64,000 nucleotides of DNA, taken from the NCBI GenBank assembly GCA_963725865.1, contig CAVSAC010000014.1:485422-549421 (forward strand). The letters run 5' to 3'. The notes below the pieces were generated by a model that saw only the letters and a list, made by a program, of their open reading frames with translations, made no database searches and was not told the origin of the DNA. How positions within the stretch are numbered: the first letter of the stretch is position 1; each line of letters opens with the position of its first letter. The position numbers were made by a program, and so were the translations under genes. This document shows positions 49,165 through 60,504 of this stretch, piece after piece. Source of the DNA: Candidatus Eiseniibacteriota bacterium. GTDB taxonomy: Bacteria; Eisenbacteria; RBG-16-71-46.

Positions 49165-51284
49165 CAGCGGGCCTCCAGTCCGAGCCGCGTCACCAGTCCG
49201 TCGACCTCGATCTCGGCGAACGGCTTGCGGAGCGTGTACACGATGCCCGCCTCGCGCGCGAGCGCGAGGTCGTCGGTGTCACGCACCAGCGCGACCAGCG
49301 CCGCCGGCGAACCGCGGCGCGCGAGCTGGTCGCGCACGCCGTTCACGAGCGCCCGGCCGCGCGCGTCCGGAAGCTCCACGTCGAGGCACACGACGCCCCA
49401 GGGCCCGCGCGCGAGCGCGTCGGCCAGCGCGGCCGCGCGGTCCACCGTGTCGACCACGAAGCCGTGCTTCTGGAGCAGGCGCACCAGGAACAGCCGCGCC
49501 ATCATCGAGTCCTCGGCGATGAGCGCACGGCGGGGACGCGCCGACTCGGACTCCGTGGCCGGTGCGACGGGGGTCGCGGGCCGCGATTCCGCGCGGACGG
49601 GCGGCGGCGGTGCGACGGCGGCCGGCGCGGCGATCGGCGATTCCTCACGCGGCGGCGGCGCGACAGTGGGTGCCTCCGCCGGCGGCGCTTCGCGCGGCGG
49701 CGCGGGCGCGACCGACGGCGGCCCGGACGACGTTTCGGGCAGCGACTCCACGTCGCGGCGCGCGAGCAGTCGCAGCGACGGCCGCGCACCGGGGACGCGG
49801 ATCGTGCGCGGCGGCGCCACGACGTCCGGCGGCGCGGGTGCGATCAGCTCGACCCTGGGCGGCGCGACCGTCGCGCTCTCGTGCGGCACGCGTGGGTGCC
49901 AGTGACGTGCGGGACCGCTGCCGAACTCGAATGCCGGGGCCGGCGTCGGCTCGGCGTCCGGCGCGATCTCGGCCGGCATGGCCGGGGCGGCAGCCGCGGG
50001 CGGCGCCTCCACCGTCGGCTCCGCCGCTCCGCCCGCGGGCGCAGAGTCGTCCGCGCGCGCGGGTCCGGGAACGGTCGCCTCGTCCGCGGCCTCGATGTCG
50101 GAGGCCGCCAACTCGCGGATCGGCGCGGCCTGGCCGCGCAGTTCCTCGAGCGCCTGGTGCGCCACCCGCGCCAGCCGCTCGGACTCCGCCTCGTCGACGC
50201 TCGCGGGCGGCTGCCCGCCGTCCGGGACCGGCAGGGGCGCCACGCCGGCGAGCAGGCGCGCGACGTCCACGCGCCACCACGATTCGCCCTCGTCGGTGCG
50301 GACCATGCCGGTCAGCGCCACCGCGGGCGACTCGCTGATCGGCGGGCAGGGGTCCGCCGGGAATCGCCACACCAGCCGGTCGGCCACCAGCCAGGCGCGG
50401 CGCAGTCCGTGCGCGAGCATCACCACCGGGCGCTCCGCGTCGGTCCCGGTCAGCGGCGCCAGCGGCGCGATCGTGGGCGCGGCCGGCTGCGCCAGCTCGA
50501 TCTCCTCCGCTGGCATCAGGTGCACGTGGAGCACCGCGTGCCACGGCAGCGCCAGCGACAGCCCGCCCTGCATCACCATCAGGAAGGTCTCGCGCCCCAC
50601 GTGGGCCGGTACGCGCACCCGCCAGGTGCCGGGCGGCGCGCCGACTCCGGCCGGTCCGAGGTTGCCGTCGACGGTCGCGAGCACTTCGCTCGCCGCGTGC
50701 AGCCCCAGCGGATCGATGTCCGACACCCACACCTCGAACATCGAATCCTCGGCGCTCACGCGCGACGGACGGCGCGGGCCCTCGCTCCCCGCCAGCCAGT
50801 CCAATGCCGCGCGCAGCGCGGCGGCGACCGGCGCGCTGAACCGAACCCGCTGCAGCGCGCGCGCCTCTTCGCCGGCGAGCGCCGGAAGTTCCTCGAGCAC
50901 GTCCGCCAGCGGCAGCGTCGGCACCGCCGGCTCCTGGTCGCCGACACCGGGCGACCATTCCACCGCCTCCAGCTCGGCCGCGAGCGCGGCCAGCTCCGGA
51001 TCGGCGCGCTCGAACGGCGCGATCGAGCCGGCCTCCTCGGCGGCGGCGGACAGTCGCGCCAGTCGCTGCAGCACGCTCGTCAGGGTGGCCGGCCACGGCC
51101 CGCCGACGTGCGGCTCGCACGCGGCCAGCACGCGGTCGAGCCCCTCGAGCGCCAGCATCTGCGCCACTTCGCGCGCGACCGCGACGGCGTCTCGCGACGC
51201 CTGCGGTGCGACCACCGGCGCCAGCGAGCCGATCAGCACGCGCGCGATCTCGCGCGCTTCCTCCGCGGGACCGGGCTGGCTCAC
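49161..51284 (-). CDS. Degenerate CheA-like protein (CheW-like domain, Pro/Ala linker, C-terminal REC)
   Basis: 'GTWRVRVP...FLMVMQGGLSLALPWHAV' (CheW-like); 'LIAEDS...CLDVELPD...KPF' (REC). Confidence 0.6.
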   Translation of the reverse strand: MSQPGPAEEAREIARVLIGSLAPVVAPQASRDAVAVAREVAQMLALEGLDRVLAACEPHVGGPWPATLTSVLQRLARLSAAAEEAGSIAPFERADPELAALAAELEAVEWSPGVGDQEPAVPTLPLADVLEELPALAGEEARALQRVRFSAPVAAALRAALDWLAGSEGPRRPSRVSAEDSMFEVWVSDIDPLGLHAASEVLATVDGNLGPAGVGAPPGTWRVRVPAHVGRETFLMVMQGGLSLALPWHAVLHVHLMPAEEIELAQPAAPTIAPLAPLTGTDAERPVVMLAHGLRRAWLVADRLVWRFPADPCPPISESPAVALTGMVRTDEGESWWRVDVARLLAGVAPLPVPDGGQPPASVDEAESERLARVAHQALEELRGQAAPIRELAASDIEAADEATVPGPARADDSAPAGGAAEPTVEAPPAAAAPAMPAEIAPDAEPTPAPAFEFGSGPARHWHPRVPHESATVAPPRVELIAPAPPDVVAPPRTIRVPGARPSLRLLARRDVESLPETSSGPPSVAPAPPREAPPAEAPTVAPPPREESPIAAPAAVAPPPPVRAESRPATPVAPATESESARPRRALIAEDSMMARLFLVRLLQKHGFVVDTVDRAAALADALARGPWGVVCLDVELPDARGRALVNGVRDQLARRGSPAALVALVRDTDDLALAREAGIVYTLRKPFAEIEVDGLVTRLGLEARW

Positions 51285-52798
51285 GGCGCCTCCTCGCCGC
51301 GCGCGCGCGGCGGCTCGGCGGGCTTGCCGCCCTCGCGTCCCAGCAGGCGCAACGAGCCGGAGCTGGCCGGGTGCGCGCGTGACTCGCCCTCGCGCGCAGG
51401 CGCGGTCGGCACTGGCGACCCGGGCGCGACGGTCGGCGCCGGCGCCGCGGCGCCGGTGACCGGCTCGAGCCGCACGATCAGACCGTCCAACTCGCGCGCC
51501 TCGTCGTCGAGCCGGCGCGTCAGCCGCTGCGCGGCGCGCGAGGCGCGCTCGCCGGCCGATGAGAGGCGCTCACCCTTGCGGGTCGCGTCGTTGATCATCT
51601 CGCGCACGCGCTCGAGCAGGCGCGCGGCGTCCTCGGGCAGCGCGGCCGGCGCCGACTCGGCGATCGCTCCGGTGGCCGGCAGCGCCTCGAGCCGCGCGGC
51701 GATCTCGGCGCGCACACGCGCCATCCGCTCGGTGGCGGCCGCGACCTCGCTCTCGACCTCGGTCGCCAGCCCGGTGGTGCGCTCGGTCGCCTCGCGCACG
51801 TCGCGCGCGAGCCGCTTGAGCTGCTCCGCCTGCGGCTCGCGTCCCGCTCCGGCCGCGACCACGTTGAGCGCGATCAGCGTCGCGCGGTTCGCGAGCCGCT
51901 GCACGTGGTCGGTGATCTCCTGCACGCGCTGCATGCCCGTGCCGAGGTGCTCGACGCTTTCGACCGACGCGGTCACCAGGTCACCGATCGCTGCGGCCGC
52001 GGTGGCGCGGATCGACCCCACTGCCTCGACCTGCGCGGCGGTCGCCGGCGGCAGCGTGAGGCGACCGAGGTTCGCGGTCAGGTCCCCGCCGAGCCGGTGC
52101 AGCTCGCGCACCGTGGTGAGCAGGGCAGTCGCTTCGACGAACCCGCGCTCGGCCTGCTCGGCGGACTCGCGCGCGTCGGCGACCGCCTCGTGGATCTCGT
52201 CGCGCACCTGGCGGGCGGCGACCGCATTCTCGTCGCGGATGCCCTGGTCGCGGCCCATCGAACGGTTGAGCAGGCTGATCACGGGCGCGAGCGCCGCGCT
52301 GTCGACGGTGAGCGGCTCCCAGCGCTCGGTGCGATTCCAGCGGTCGAGCGCCACCCGCACGTGCGCGAGCTGTCCGTGCAGCGCCTCGAGCTCCCCGATG
52401 GATCGCTGCGCCGCGCGCTGCCGCACCAGCAGGACCTGCGTCTGATGGGTGAGCTCGGACAGCTCGCCCCAGCCGGTCGCCGAGGGCAACCCGCGCAGGT
52501 CGGTCACGCGCCCGGCCTGCAGGCCACGCAGCAGGCCGCCGAGGTGCCCGACCACGTGGCGATCGATCCACAGTGCGGCGACGATCGCGATTACCACGCC
52601 CAGACCGCCGATCGCCGGCAACCACAGCCACACCAGCGCGGGGTCGAGCAGGCCCGAGGCCCGAGTGGTCACCACCCAGGCGAGCAGTCCGCCTGCGAGC
52701 AGCGGGGGTACCAGGCACGCGAGCCACAGACGCACGCGGAGTCCCGCACCCGGATCGGGTGCGGAGACGGGGGGCTCGGGAGGCGTGCGATCAGCCAT
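51281..52798 (-). CDS. Degenerate methyl-accepting chemotaxis-like protein
   Basis: Two TM helices, HAMP-like 'WGELSELT', tip-like 'LANRATLIALN...LARDVREATERT'. Confidence 0.7.
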   Translation of the reverse strand: MADRTPPEPPVSAPDPGAGLRVRLWLACLVPPLLAGGLLAWVVTTRASGLLDPALVWLWLPAIGGLGVVIAIVAALWIDRHVVGHLGGLLRGLQAGRVTDLRGLPSATGWGELSELTHQTQVLLVRQRAAQRSIGELEALHGQLAHVRVALDRWNRTERWEPLTVDSAALAPVISLLNRSMGRDQGIRDENAVAARQVRDEIHEAVADARESAEQAERGFVEATALLTTVRELHRLGGDLTANLGRLTLPPATAAQVEAVGSIRATAAAAIGDLVTASVESVEHLGTGMQRVQEITDHVQRLANRATLIALNVVAAGAGREPQAEQLKRLARDVREATERTTGLATEVESEVAAATERMARVRAEIAARLEALPATGAIAESAPAALPEDAARLLERVREMINDATRKGERLSSAGERASRAAQRLTRRLDDEARELDGLIVRLEPVTGAAAPAPTVAPGSPVPTAPAREGESRAHPASSGSLRLLGREGGKPAEPPRARGEEAP

Positions 52799-53289
52799 GG
52801 CGGCGCGACCGGTCTGGAAGCGGGAGCGGCGTGTCAGCGCAGAGGTTCACGACCAGATGCTCCGCAAGTCACATGCCTCGAATCGGGCGGGCGGGCGGAC
52901 ACCGCGGCGGGCCCGGAGTCGGTCACCGTCCGGGCCCGGAGCGCGCCCGGATGCCGTGCCTACCAGTCCGCCGTGCGGCTTGCACGAGCCGCGCTATCGC
53001 GCGCGCGGACTTCTCGCTGCGCGCGCGCGGCGGCGCCGTGCGGCGGCCGGACGCGGCGGCGGATTGCGAAACAGCATAGCGGGCGCGACCGCCGGCGCCT
53101 ACCTCGGGAAGCGGGACGGGCCGGCCGGCGTGCGTGCGGCGCCTGGGTGGGAAGCCCCGGCCGCTGCGCCTTCGCGCGCGAAATCCCGGTCCCCGCGCGG
53201 CTTCCGGACCCTCCCGCGGGGCGGCCGTGGCCCCGCGTGCGCGCGTCGCCCGCGCCGGATGCGGGCGCGATGACCCGCGGGGGGCTGCG

Positions 53290-53305
53290 TGGCACGGAGA
53301 CTGCA
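53290..53305 (+). promoter_or_regulatory. Putative sigma54 (-24/-12) promoter
   Basis: TGGCACGGAGACTGCA has exact GG-N10-GC spacing and one mismatch to TGGCACG-N4-TTGCW; ~80 nt upstream of the ATG at 53384. Confidence 0.7.
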
Positions 53306-53383
53306 CTGACTCGTGCACGAGCGCGGCGGGCCGCCTCCGGACCCGCACGCCGACGGAAGGACACCGCACGCACGAGGCGCCCG

Positions 53384-54145
53384 ATGAATCCGCGTCACTA
53401 CGTCGACCTCAAGGAATCGAGCCGGGACCTCCAGCCCACCTATTACTTCATGATCAACTGTCTCCTCTACAGCCGCATGGAGACAGGGCTGGTCTCGAAC
53501 CAGGAATGCTACGACGAGGACGTGAATGTCTACCTCGCCCACCTGCTCCACTCGTTCATCAACCCCGAGTTCGTGGACCAGTCGCGGCGCTTCCTCTCCA
53601 AGTACGACACCGACGTGTTCCGGCGCCTGTCCACCTCCACCGATGCGCGCCTGAAGTACCAGATCTACAAGACGAACGCGGACTTCCTCCTGGTATCGAT
53701 CGGCATCTTCGACAATCCGCACGGTGCGACAGCCAGTCGCCGAGCGCAGCCGAGCGAGGAGGCCTACGTCGGCCGCGGCAAGACCTACTACCACTTCGCG
53801 TACACGTACGCGCAGCAGGTGCACCGCAAGAACGCCGGGGTCGCCGAGGTGCTCGAGAAGCTCTCGGTCGGCTTCGACAAGTACATCAAGATCCTCTCTC
53901 ACATGCGTGGCGAGTATCTCGACCTGATGAAGCGGCTGTCCCAGGGCGAGGTCTATCACCTCGAGCGCTCCGTCGACGAGCAAGCGCAGCAAGAGCTGCT
54001 CCGCCTGAAACAGGACGAGCTCCTCGAGTTGTACTCCGCCTGGAAGACGCAGCCGGATCCGCAAACCACGGAGGACCTCGAGCGAGTCGTGAGTGAGATC
54101 AAGCAGCTGAACCCCGCCTTCAAGTTCGAGCTTCCGAAGCGCTGA
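53384..54145 (+). CDS. Conserved hypothetical protein
   Basis: Clean 253-aa ORF with normal amino-acid composition: 'DEDVNVYLAHLL', 'ADFLLVSIGIF', 'YVGRGKTYY'. Confidence 0.8.
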   Translation: MNPRHYVDLKESSRDLQPTYYFMINCLLYSRMETGLVSNQECYDEDVNVYLAHLLHSFINPEFVDQSRRFLSKYDTDVFRRLSTSTDARLKYQIYKTNADFLLVSIGIFDNPHGATASRRAQPSEEAYVGRGKTYYHFAYTYAQQVHRKNAGVAEVLEKLSVGFDKYIKILSHMRGEYLDLMKRLSQGEVYHLERSVDEQAQQELLRLKQDELLELYSAWKTQPDPQTTEDLERVVSEIKQLNPAFKFELPKR

Positions 54146-54236
54146 CGAGTTCAGTCGCGGCGCTTGCACACGACGACCCCGCCGTTGGAGGACGGCGGGG
54201 TCGCTCGTCTTCGATCCGGGCGCGAGACGTGCGCGG

Positions 54237-56198
54237 CTAACCGCGTGGCTCGCGCGCCGCGACTTGCGCGGAGGCGACCGGCGCCGCGCCGCTCACCCAG
54301 CGCTCCGCCCACATCTGCAGGCTCAGCACCGTCCACAGCGTGCGCCCGCGCTCGACGCGGCCGGCGAGATGGTCCGCCAGCAGCGCTCGCACCGCGACCG
54401 GATCGAGCACGCCGACGCGCCGCAGTCGCTCCGGCGCCAGGTGCGCCTCCACCACCGACCGCAGCGGACCGCGCGACCAGACGGTGAATGGCGGCGAGAA
54501 GCCCTGCTTGCGCCGCGTGAGCACCTCGCGCGGCAGCAGGTCGCGCGCCACCTGCTTGAGCACCCACTTGCCGGTCGTGCCGCGCAGCTTGAGCGCCGCC
54601 GGCATGCGCATCGCGTGCTCGATCAGCGCGTGGCGCAGGAACGGCGCGCGCGACTCGAGCCCGTGCGCCATGGTGCTGCGGTCCACCTTCGTGAGCAGTC
54701 CGCTCAGGTAGGTCTCGAAGTCGAACAGCTGGTACGCCACCAGCCGCGGGTCGCGCTCGAGGTCGCCGACCGGCGCCCCGCGCAGGTCGTGGCTGACGCG
54801 GTCGAGGTGCGCGAGCGGGTCGTCTTCGTCGAGGCGCACGCGCAGCGCCGGGGCCAGCAGCGCGCGCGACTCGGCGGCGGTCGCGGTGCCGAACCAGGCG
54901 AGGTGCCGCTCGAACGGCCGCAGCGTCGCCGACGCCAGGAAGCGCTCGGCGAGCCCGGCGATCGAGACGTGCGTGTGGCGCGGTCGCAGCCGCCGCGCCA
55001 CCGCGAGCAGCGCGCCGCGCACGAATGGCGACAGGGTGCGCGCGCGGGTGGCGAGCGCGTGGCCGAGGTAAGTCGGATAGCCGGCGAACAGCTCGTCGCC
55101 GCCCTCGCCGGTCAGCACGACCGGCACGTGGCGCGCCGCCAGCCGCGCGACCGCCCACGTCGGCAGCACGCTGGGGTCGCCGAGCGGCTGGTCCATGCGC
55201 GCCGCCCAGCCGTCGAGCACCTCCGCACCGCCCGCCGCGTCGAGGGTCTCCTCGTGGTGGTCGGCGCCGATGTGGCGCGCGACCGCGCGCGCGTACATCG
55301 ACTCGTCGTAGCCGCGCCCCTCGAGGCGCAGGCTGAACGTGGGCACGTGGGTGTGGTGGGCACGCGCGGCGAGGGCGGCGACCAGCGACGAATCGAGGCC
55401 GCCCGAGAGGAACAGCCCGAACGGCACCTCGTCCGGGGTGCGCGAGCGCACCGCGGCGTCGAGCGCCTCGCGGGTGGACTCGACGGTCGCCTCCGCGCCC
55501 TCGGGGCGCGCGTCCGCGAGGCCGTCCCACGGCCGCCAGTAGCGCACCAGCCGCTCGCCGCCGTCGTGCCGCACCAGCACGTGCGCGGGCGGCAGCTGGC
55601 GCACCGCGTCGAACGCGCAGTCGGCGCCGATGAAGAATCCGTGCACCAGGTAGCGCGCGAGCGATCCCGGCGACGGATCGCGCGACACCCACGGCAGCGC
55701 GAGCAGCGCGCCGGGTTCCGAGGCGAACGCGAACATGCCGTCGTGGGCGGCGACGAACAGCGGCTTCTCCCCCGCGCGGTCGCGCGCCAGCACCAGCGTG
55801 CGCGTGGAGGCGTCCCACACCGCCGCCGCGAACATGCCGTCGAGGTGGAGCGGGAAGTCGGCGCCCTGCTCCTCGTACAGGTGGGTGACCACCGCGGTGT
55901 CGATCCCGGTCTCGACCACGTGCCCGCGCGCGCGCAGCCCGTCGCGCAGCTCGGCGTGGTTGTAGACCTCGCCGTTCACCAGCGCGTGGCGGGTGTCGCT
56001 CTCGTCGTGGAACAGGTGCGCGGGCTCGTGCGGCGCCACGATCGCCAGCCGCGCGATGCCGAGCGCCACCTGGTCGTCGCCCCACAGGGCGCGACCGCTG
56101 GGGCCCCGGTGCGCGAGCCGATCCACCATCGCGCCGACCCGCACGTGGCGTTCTTCACTCGAGAGGCGTGGGGCCCACAGGCCCGCGATGCCGCACAT
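54237..56198 (-). CDS. asnB: Asparagine synthase (glutamine-hydrolysing) family amidotransferase
   Basis: MCGIAG N-terminus, 'HRGP', 'NGEVYN', 'LSGGLDSS', 'TGEGGDELFAGY'. Confidence 0.95.
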   Translation of the reverse strand: MCGIAGLWAPRLSSEERHVRVGAMVDRLAHRGPSGRALWGDDQVALGIARLAIVAPHEPAHLFHDESDTRHALVNGEVYNHAELRDGLRARGHVVETGIDTAVVTHLYEEQGADFPLHLDGMFAAAVWDASTRTLVLARDRAGEKPLFVAAHDGMFAFASEPGALLALPWVSRDPSPGSLARYLVHGFFIGADCAFDAVRQLPPAHVLVRHDGGERLVRYWRPWDGLADARPEGAEATVESTREALDAAVRSRTPDEVPFGLFLSGGLDSSLVAALAARAHHTHVPTFSLRLEGRGYDESMYARAVARHIGADHHEETLDAAGGAEVLDGWAARMDQPLGDPSVLPTWAVARLAARHVPVVLTGEGGDELFAGYPTYLGHALATRARTLSPFVRGALLAVARRLRPRHTHVSIAGLAERFLASATLRPFERHLAWFGTATAAESRALLAPALRVRLDEDDPLAHLDRVSHDLRGAPVGDLERDPRLVAYQLFDFETYLSGLLTKVDRSTMAHGLESRAPFLRHALIEHAMRMPAALKLRGTTGKWVLKQVARDLLPREVLTRRKQGFSPPFTVWSRGPLRSVVEAHLAPERLRRVGVLDPVAVRALLADHLAGRVERGRTLWTVLSLQMWAERWVSGAAPVASAQVAAREPRG

Positions 56199-56231
56199 GA
56201 TCGATTAGGTCTCGGTCCGCGCGGGGCGCGG

Positions 56232-57648
56232 TCAGGGTCGGACGGCGGCGCGGTACGCGACGAAGCGCGCATCGCGATGGAATTCGACGAAGCCCGCCGG
56301 TGGGGCGCCGGTGTCCTTCGTCGCGCGCACCACCACCTCGGCGGCCGCGCCGGGTGCCGCGTCGAGCGCGGTCCACAGGCCGCGCCGGCGCAGCAGCGTT
56401 GCGTATCGTACCTGATAGTTGCTCGTGGTCTCCTGTCCCCGCTCGCTCACCAGGGTCGAGATGCGGCCCAGCAGGTAGTCGGTGCCGGCGCTGTAGCAGC
56501 GCTCGTAGCGCACGCTTCGGGCCCCGGTCGTGCGGATCGCGGCGGCCAGCGGGGCGCCCGAGGAGGCGCGGGCGAGATCGCGCAGCCGCGAGTGGCCGAA
56601 GCCGAGCAGCAGGGGCACGAACGCCAGGGTCGCAGCGAACACGAGCGCCCGCCGCCGCCCCGGCGCCGCGTGCGACCAGCACAGCGCGGCGAGCCACGCG
56701 AGCGGCGGCAGCGCGGGCAGCAGGTAGGTGACGAGCTTCGAGCGCGACAGCGTGAAGAACACGAGCGCGAACAGCACGAACCCGAGCGCGACCGCGATCC
56801 CGGGCCGGGCTCCCGCCGGCGCCTCGCGCAGGCGGCGCTCGCTCCACGGCGTGGCGAGCGACCACGGCAGCGTGCCGCCCACCAGCACCGCGGGCACGAA
56901 CCACCACGGCTGCTGGCGGCGGAACGAGCCGCTGGTCATGCGCTCGAGCGACTCCTCGAGGAACGCGTAGCGCGGGTACTCGGGGTGCCGCGCGCACGCG
57001 AGCGCGAACCAGGCGCCCGCTACGCCGAGCGCGAGCAGCCAGCCGGGCCACCACGCGAGCCACGCGAGCGGGCGCCGCGAGCGCATCAGGAGCGCGGTCG
57101 CCGCACTGCCCACCCACCACCCACGCCAGCATCACCGGACCCTTGAGCAGCAGCCCGAGACCGACGCACGCGAACATCCACGCGCGCCGCCGCGACGACG
57201 GACCGTCGCGCAGCTCGTCGGCGAGCGCGGTCCACACCACGGTGACGCACAGCGCCAGCGGCACGTCGAAGATGACGTACGCGCTCATGGTGGCGAACAG
57301 CGGCGCGGCCGCGAGCAGCGCGGCGGCGCGCCACGCGACGCGGGCGTCCGCCGCGCGGCGCGCGTAGCCCCCCAGCACCAGCAGCGTGGCGAGCCCGGCG
57401 AGGATCGCGGGCAGCCGGGCCGCGAGGGGCACCGGGCCGAGCACCCGGATGCACACCGCCGCGGCCCAGAACAACGCCGGCGGCTTGTCGAGGTAGGGCA
57501 TCCCGGCGAGGTGCGGGATCACCAGGTCGCCGCCCGCGGCCATCTCGCGCGCGACCTCCGCGTTGCGGCCCTCGTCCGGATCCACCAGCGGGATCGTGGT
57601 CGCGAGCCACAGCGAGAGCGCGAGTGCCGCGAGCGCCACCGCCAGCAC
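56232..57648 (-). CDS. GT39/ArnT-like membrane glycosyltransferase; one frameshift near 57115; start uncertain
   Basis: 'DPDEGRNAEVAREM', 'YLDKPP', 'LLKGPV', 'QQPWWF', 'SKLVTYLLP'. Confidence 0.85.
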
Positions 57649-57727
57649 GCCGCGGGGGACGCCGCGCGCGGCGGCACGCGCCTGCGCCGCGGGTTCGCCG
57701 GGCGGGCTCGCACCGCCCGCCGTCGCG

Positions 57728-59221
<1,494 letters not shown>

Positions 59222-59279
59222 GCCGTTCCATCCTCTCCCAAACGAAGAAGCCGCAGCGTCTCGCGCTGCGGCTCCCGGT

Positions 59280-60080
59280 TCAGTGTCCCGGCGGCGGCGC
59301 CGTGCCGGGGAGCGTCGTCGTCTTCTTGGGCTTGTTCGTGAGGCTGAAGTGGTAGTTGGCGCCGAAGCGCAGCTCGACCATCCCGAGCGCGCTGTTGTAC
59401 CCCGAGGGGAAGTCGACGTCGTCCTTCGCCAGCGCGTAGTGGGAGGTCGCCGAGCCCTCGACGCTCACCGCGGGCAGCGACTTCAGGTAGCGCTCGGCAC
59501 CCACCTCGCCCGAGATGCCCGGGTAGAGGCCGCGGTGCAGCTTCAGGCTGCTCGGGTCCTTGACCACCTTGCGGTGGTTCTCGAGCCACACGCGATACAC
59601 GCCGGAGCCGACCCCCGCGTGGAAGAGCCACGCGCCATGCGCCGAGAGCAGCTGGAGCTGCACGGTCGACGGCAGCAGCAGCGCGAGGTGATGGTCCTTG
59701 GTGCGCTCGGTGGGGTACGCGGGATCGCGGAACGGGACCGGTTCGGTGTTCGTGTACGCCGCCCACGCGAACCCCGGGCTGACCTGCCAGCGCAGCCACG
59801 GACGCATGGTGTAGCGGAACGCGGCGCTGAACGACATGCGCGGCTGGGCGCCGTGCGCGTAGTCATCCGCGGCGTAGAGGTACGACCCCCCGAGCATGCC
59901 GCCGATCGAGCCCGTCCCGGGCGTGGCGCCCATGGGTCGGGCCACCGGCGGGCGCGCGGCCGGCAATTTGACCGAATCGGGAGCCGCTGGCGGTGGAGTC
60001 GCATCCTGCGCCAGACACGCCGACGCGACCGTGAGCAACGCTGCGGCCGCGATGCTCACCCAGACGTAACGCGAGTTCAT
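59280..60080 (-). CDS. Outer-membrane beta-barrel protein
   Basis: Signal peptide, alternating aromatic beta-strands, terminal 'LRFGANYHF'. Confidence 0.7.
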   Translation of the reverse strand: MNSRYVWVSIAAAALLTVASACLAQDATPPPAAPDSVKLPAARPPVARPMGATPGTGSIGGMLGGSYLYAADDYAHGAQPRMSFSAAFRYTMRPWLRWQVSPGFAWAAYTNTEPVPFRDPAYPTERTKDHHLALLLPSTVQLQLLSAHGAWLFHAGVGSGVYRVWLENHRKVVKDPSSLKLHRGLYPGISGEVGAERYLKSLPAVSVEGSATSHYALAKDDVDFPSGYNSALGMVELRFGANYHFSLTNKPKKTTTLPGTAPPPGH

Positions 60081-60504
60081 GCGGTGGAGACTCCCCTTCC
60101 GGTAGGGAAGGCAAGAGGGTAGGCCCGGTACGGACGAGGCGCGGAGTATAGGAATGGCCTTTCGACCGGTCAAGGCACGCGGGCCGCGGCCCGCGCGAGC
60201 CCGTGCGCGCGTGGGCCGCGCACGCTCCGGCGGCATCGCGCGACGCTCTCCACGGTGGCGTCACGGTGTCGCCGCGGGTGTCGCGACGCGGGCCGGACGC
60301 GCGCCGCCGCCGCCGCTCGGCGGCACGCCGCACGCGCATCACGGAGTGGAACACCGCTTGCGGTGGGTGCTCAGTCCCCGGCCGGGATCCCGCATCCCCG
60401 CTCGCCAGCACCGCCCGCACCCCGGCCTTCCTCTCGACGCAGGCAGTCCTTCCGGGGCCGGCCGCCAACCGGCCCCTGTCCCGGCCCGCGCAACGCTGGC
60501 ACGC

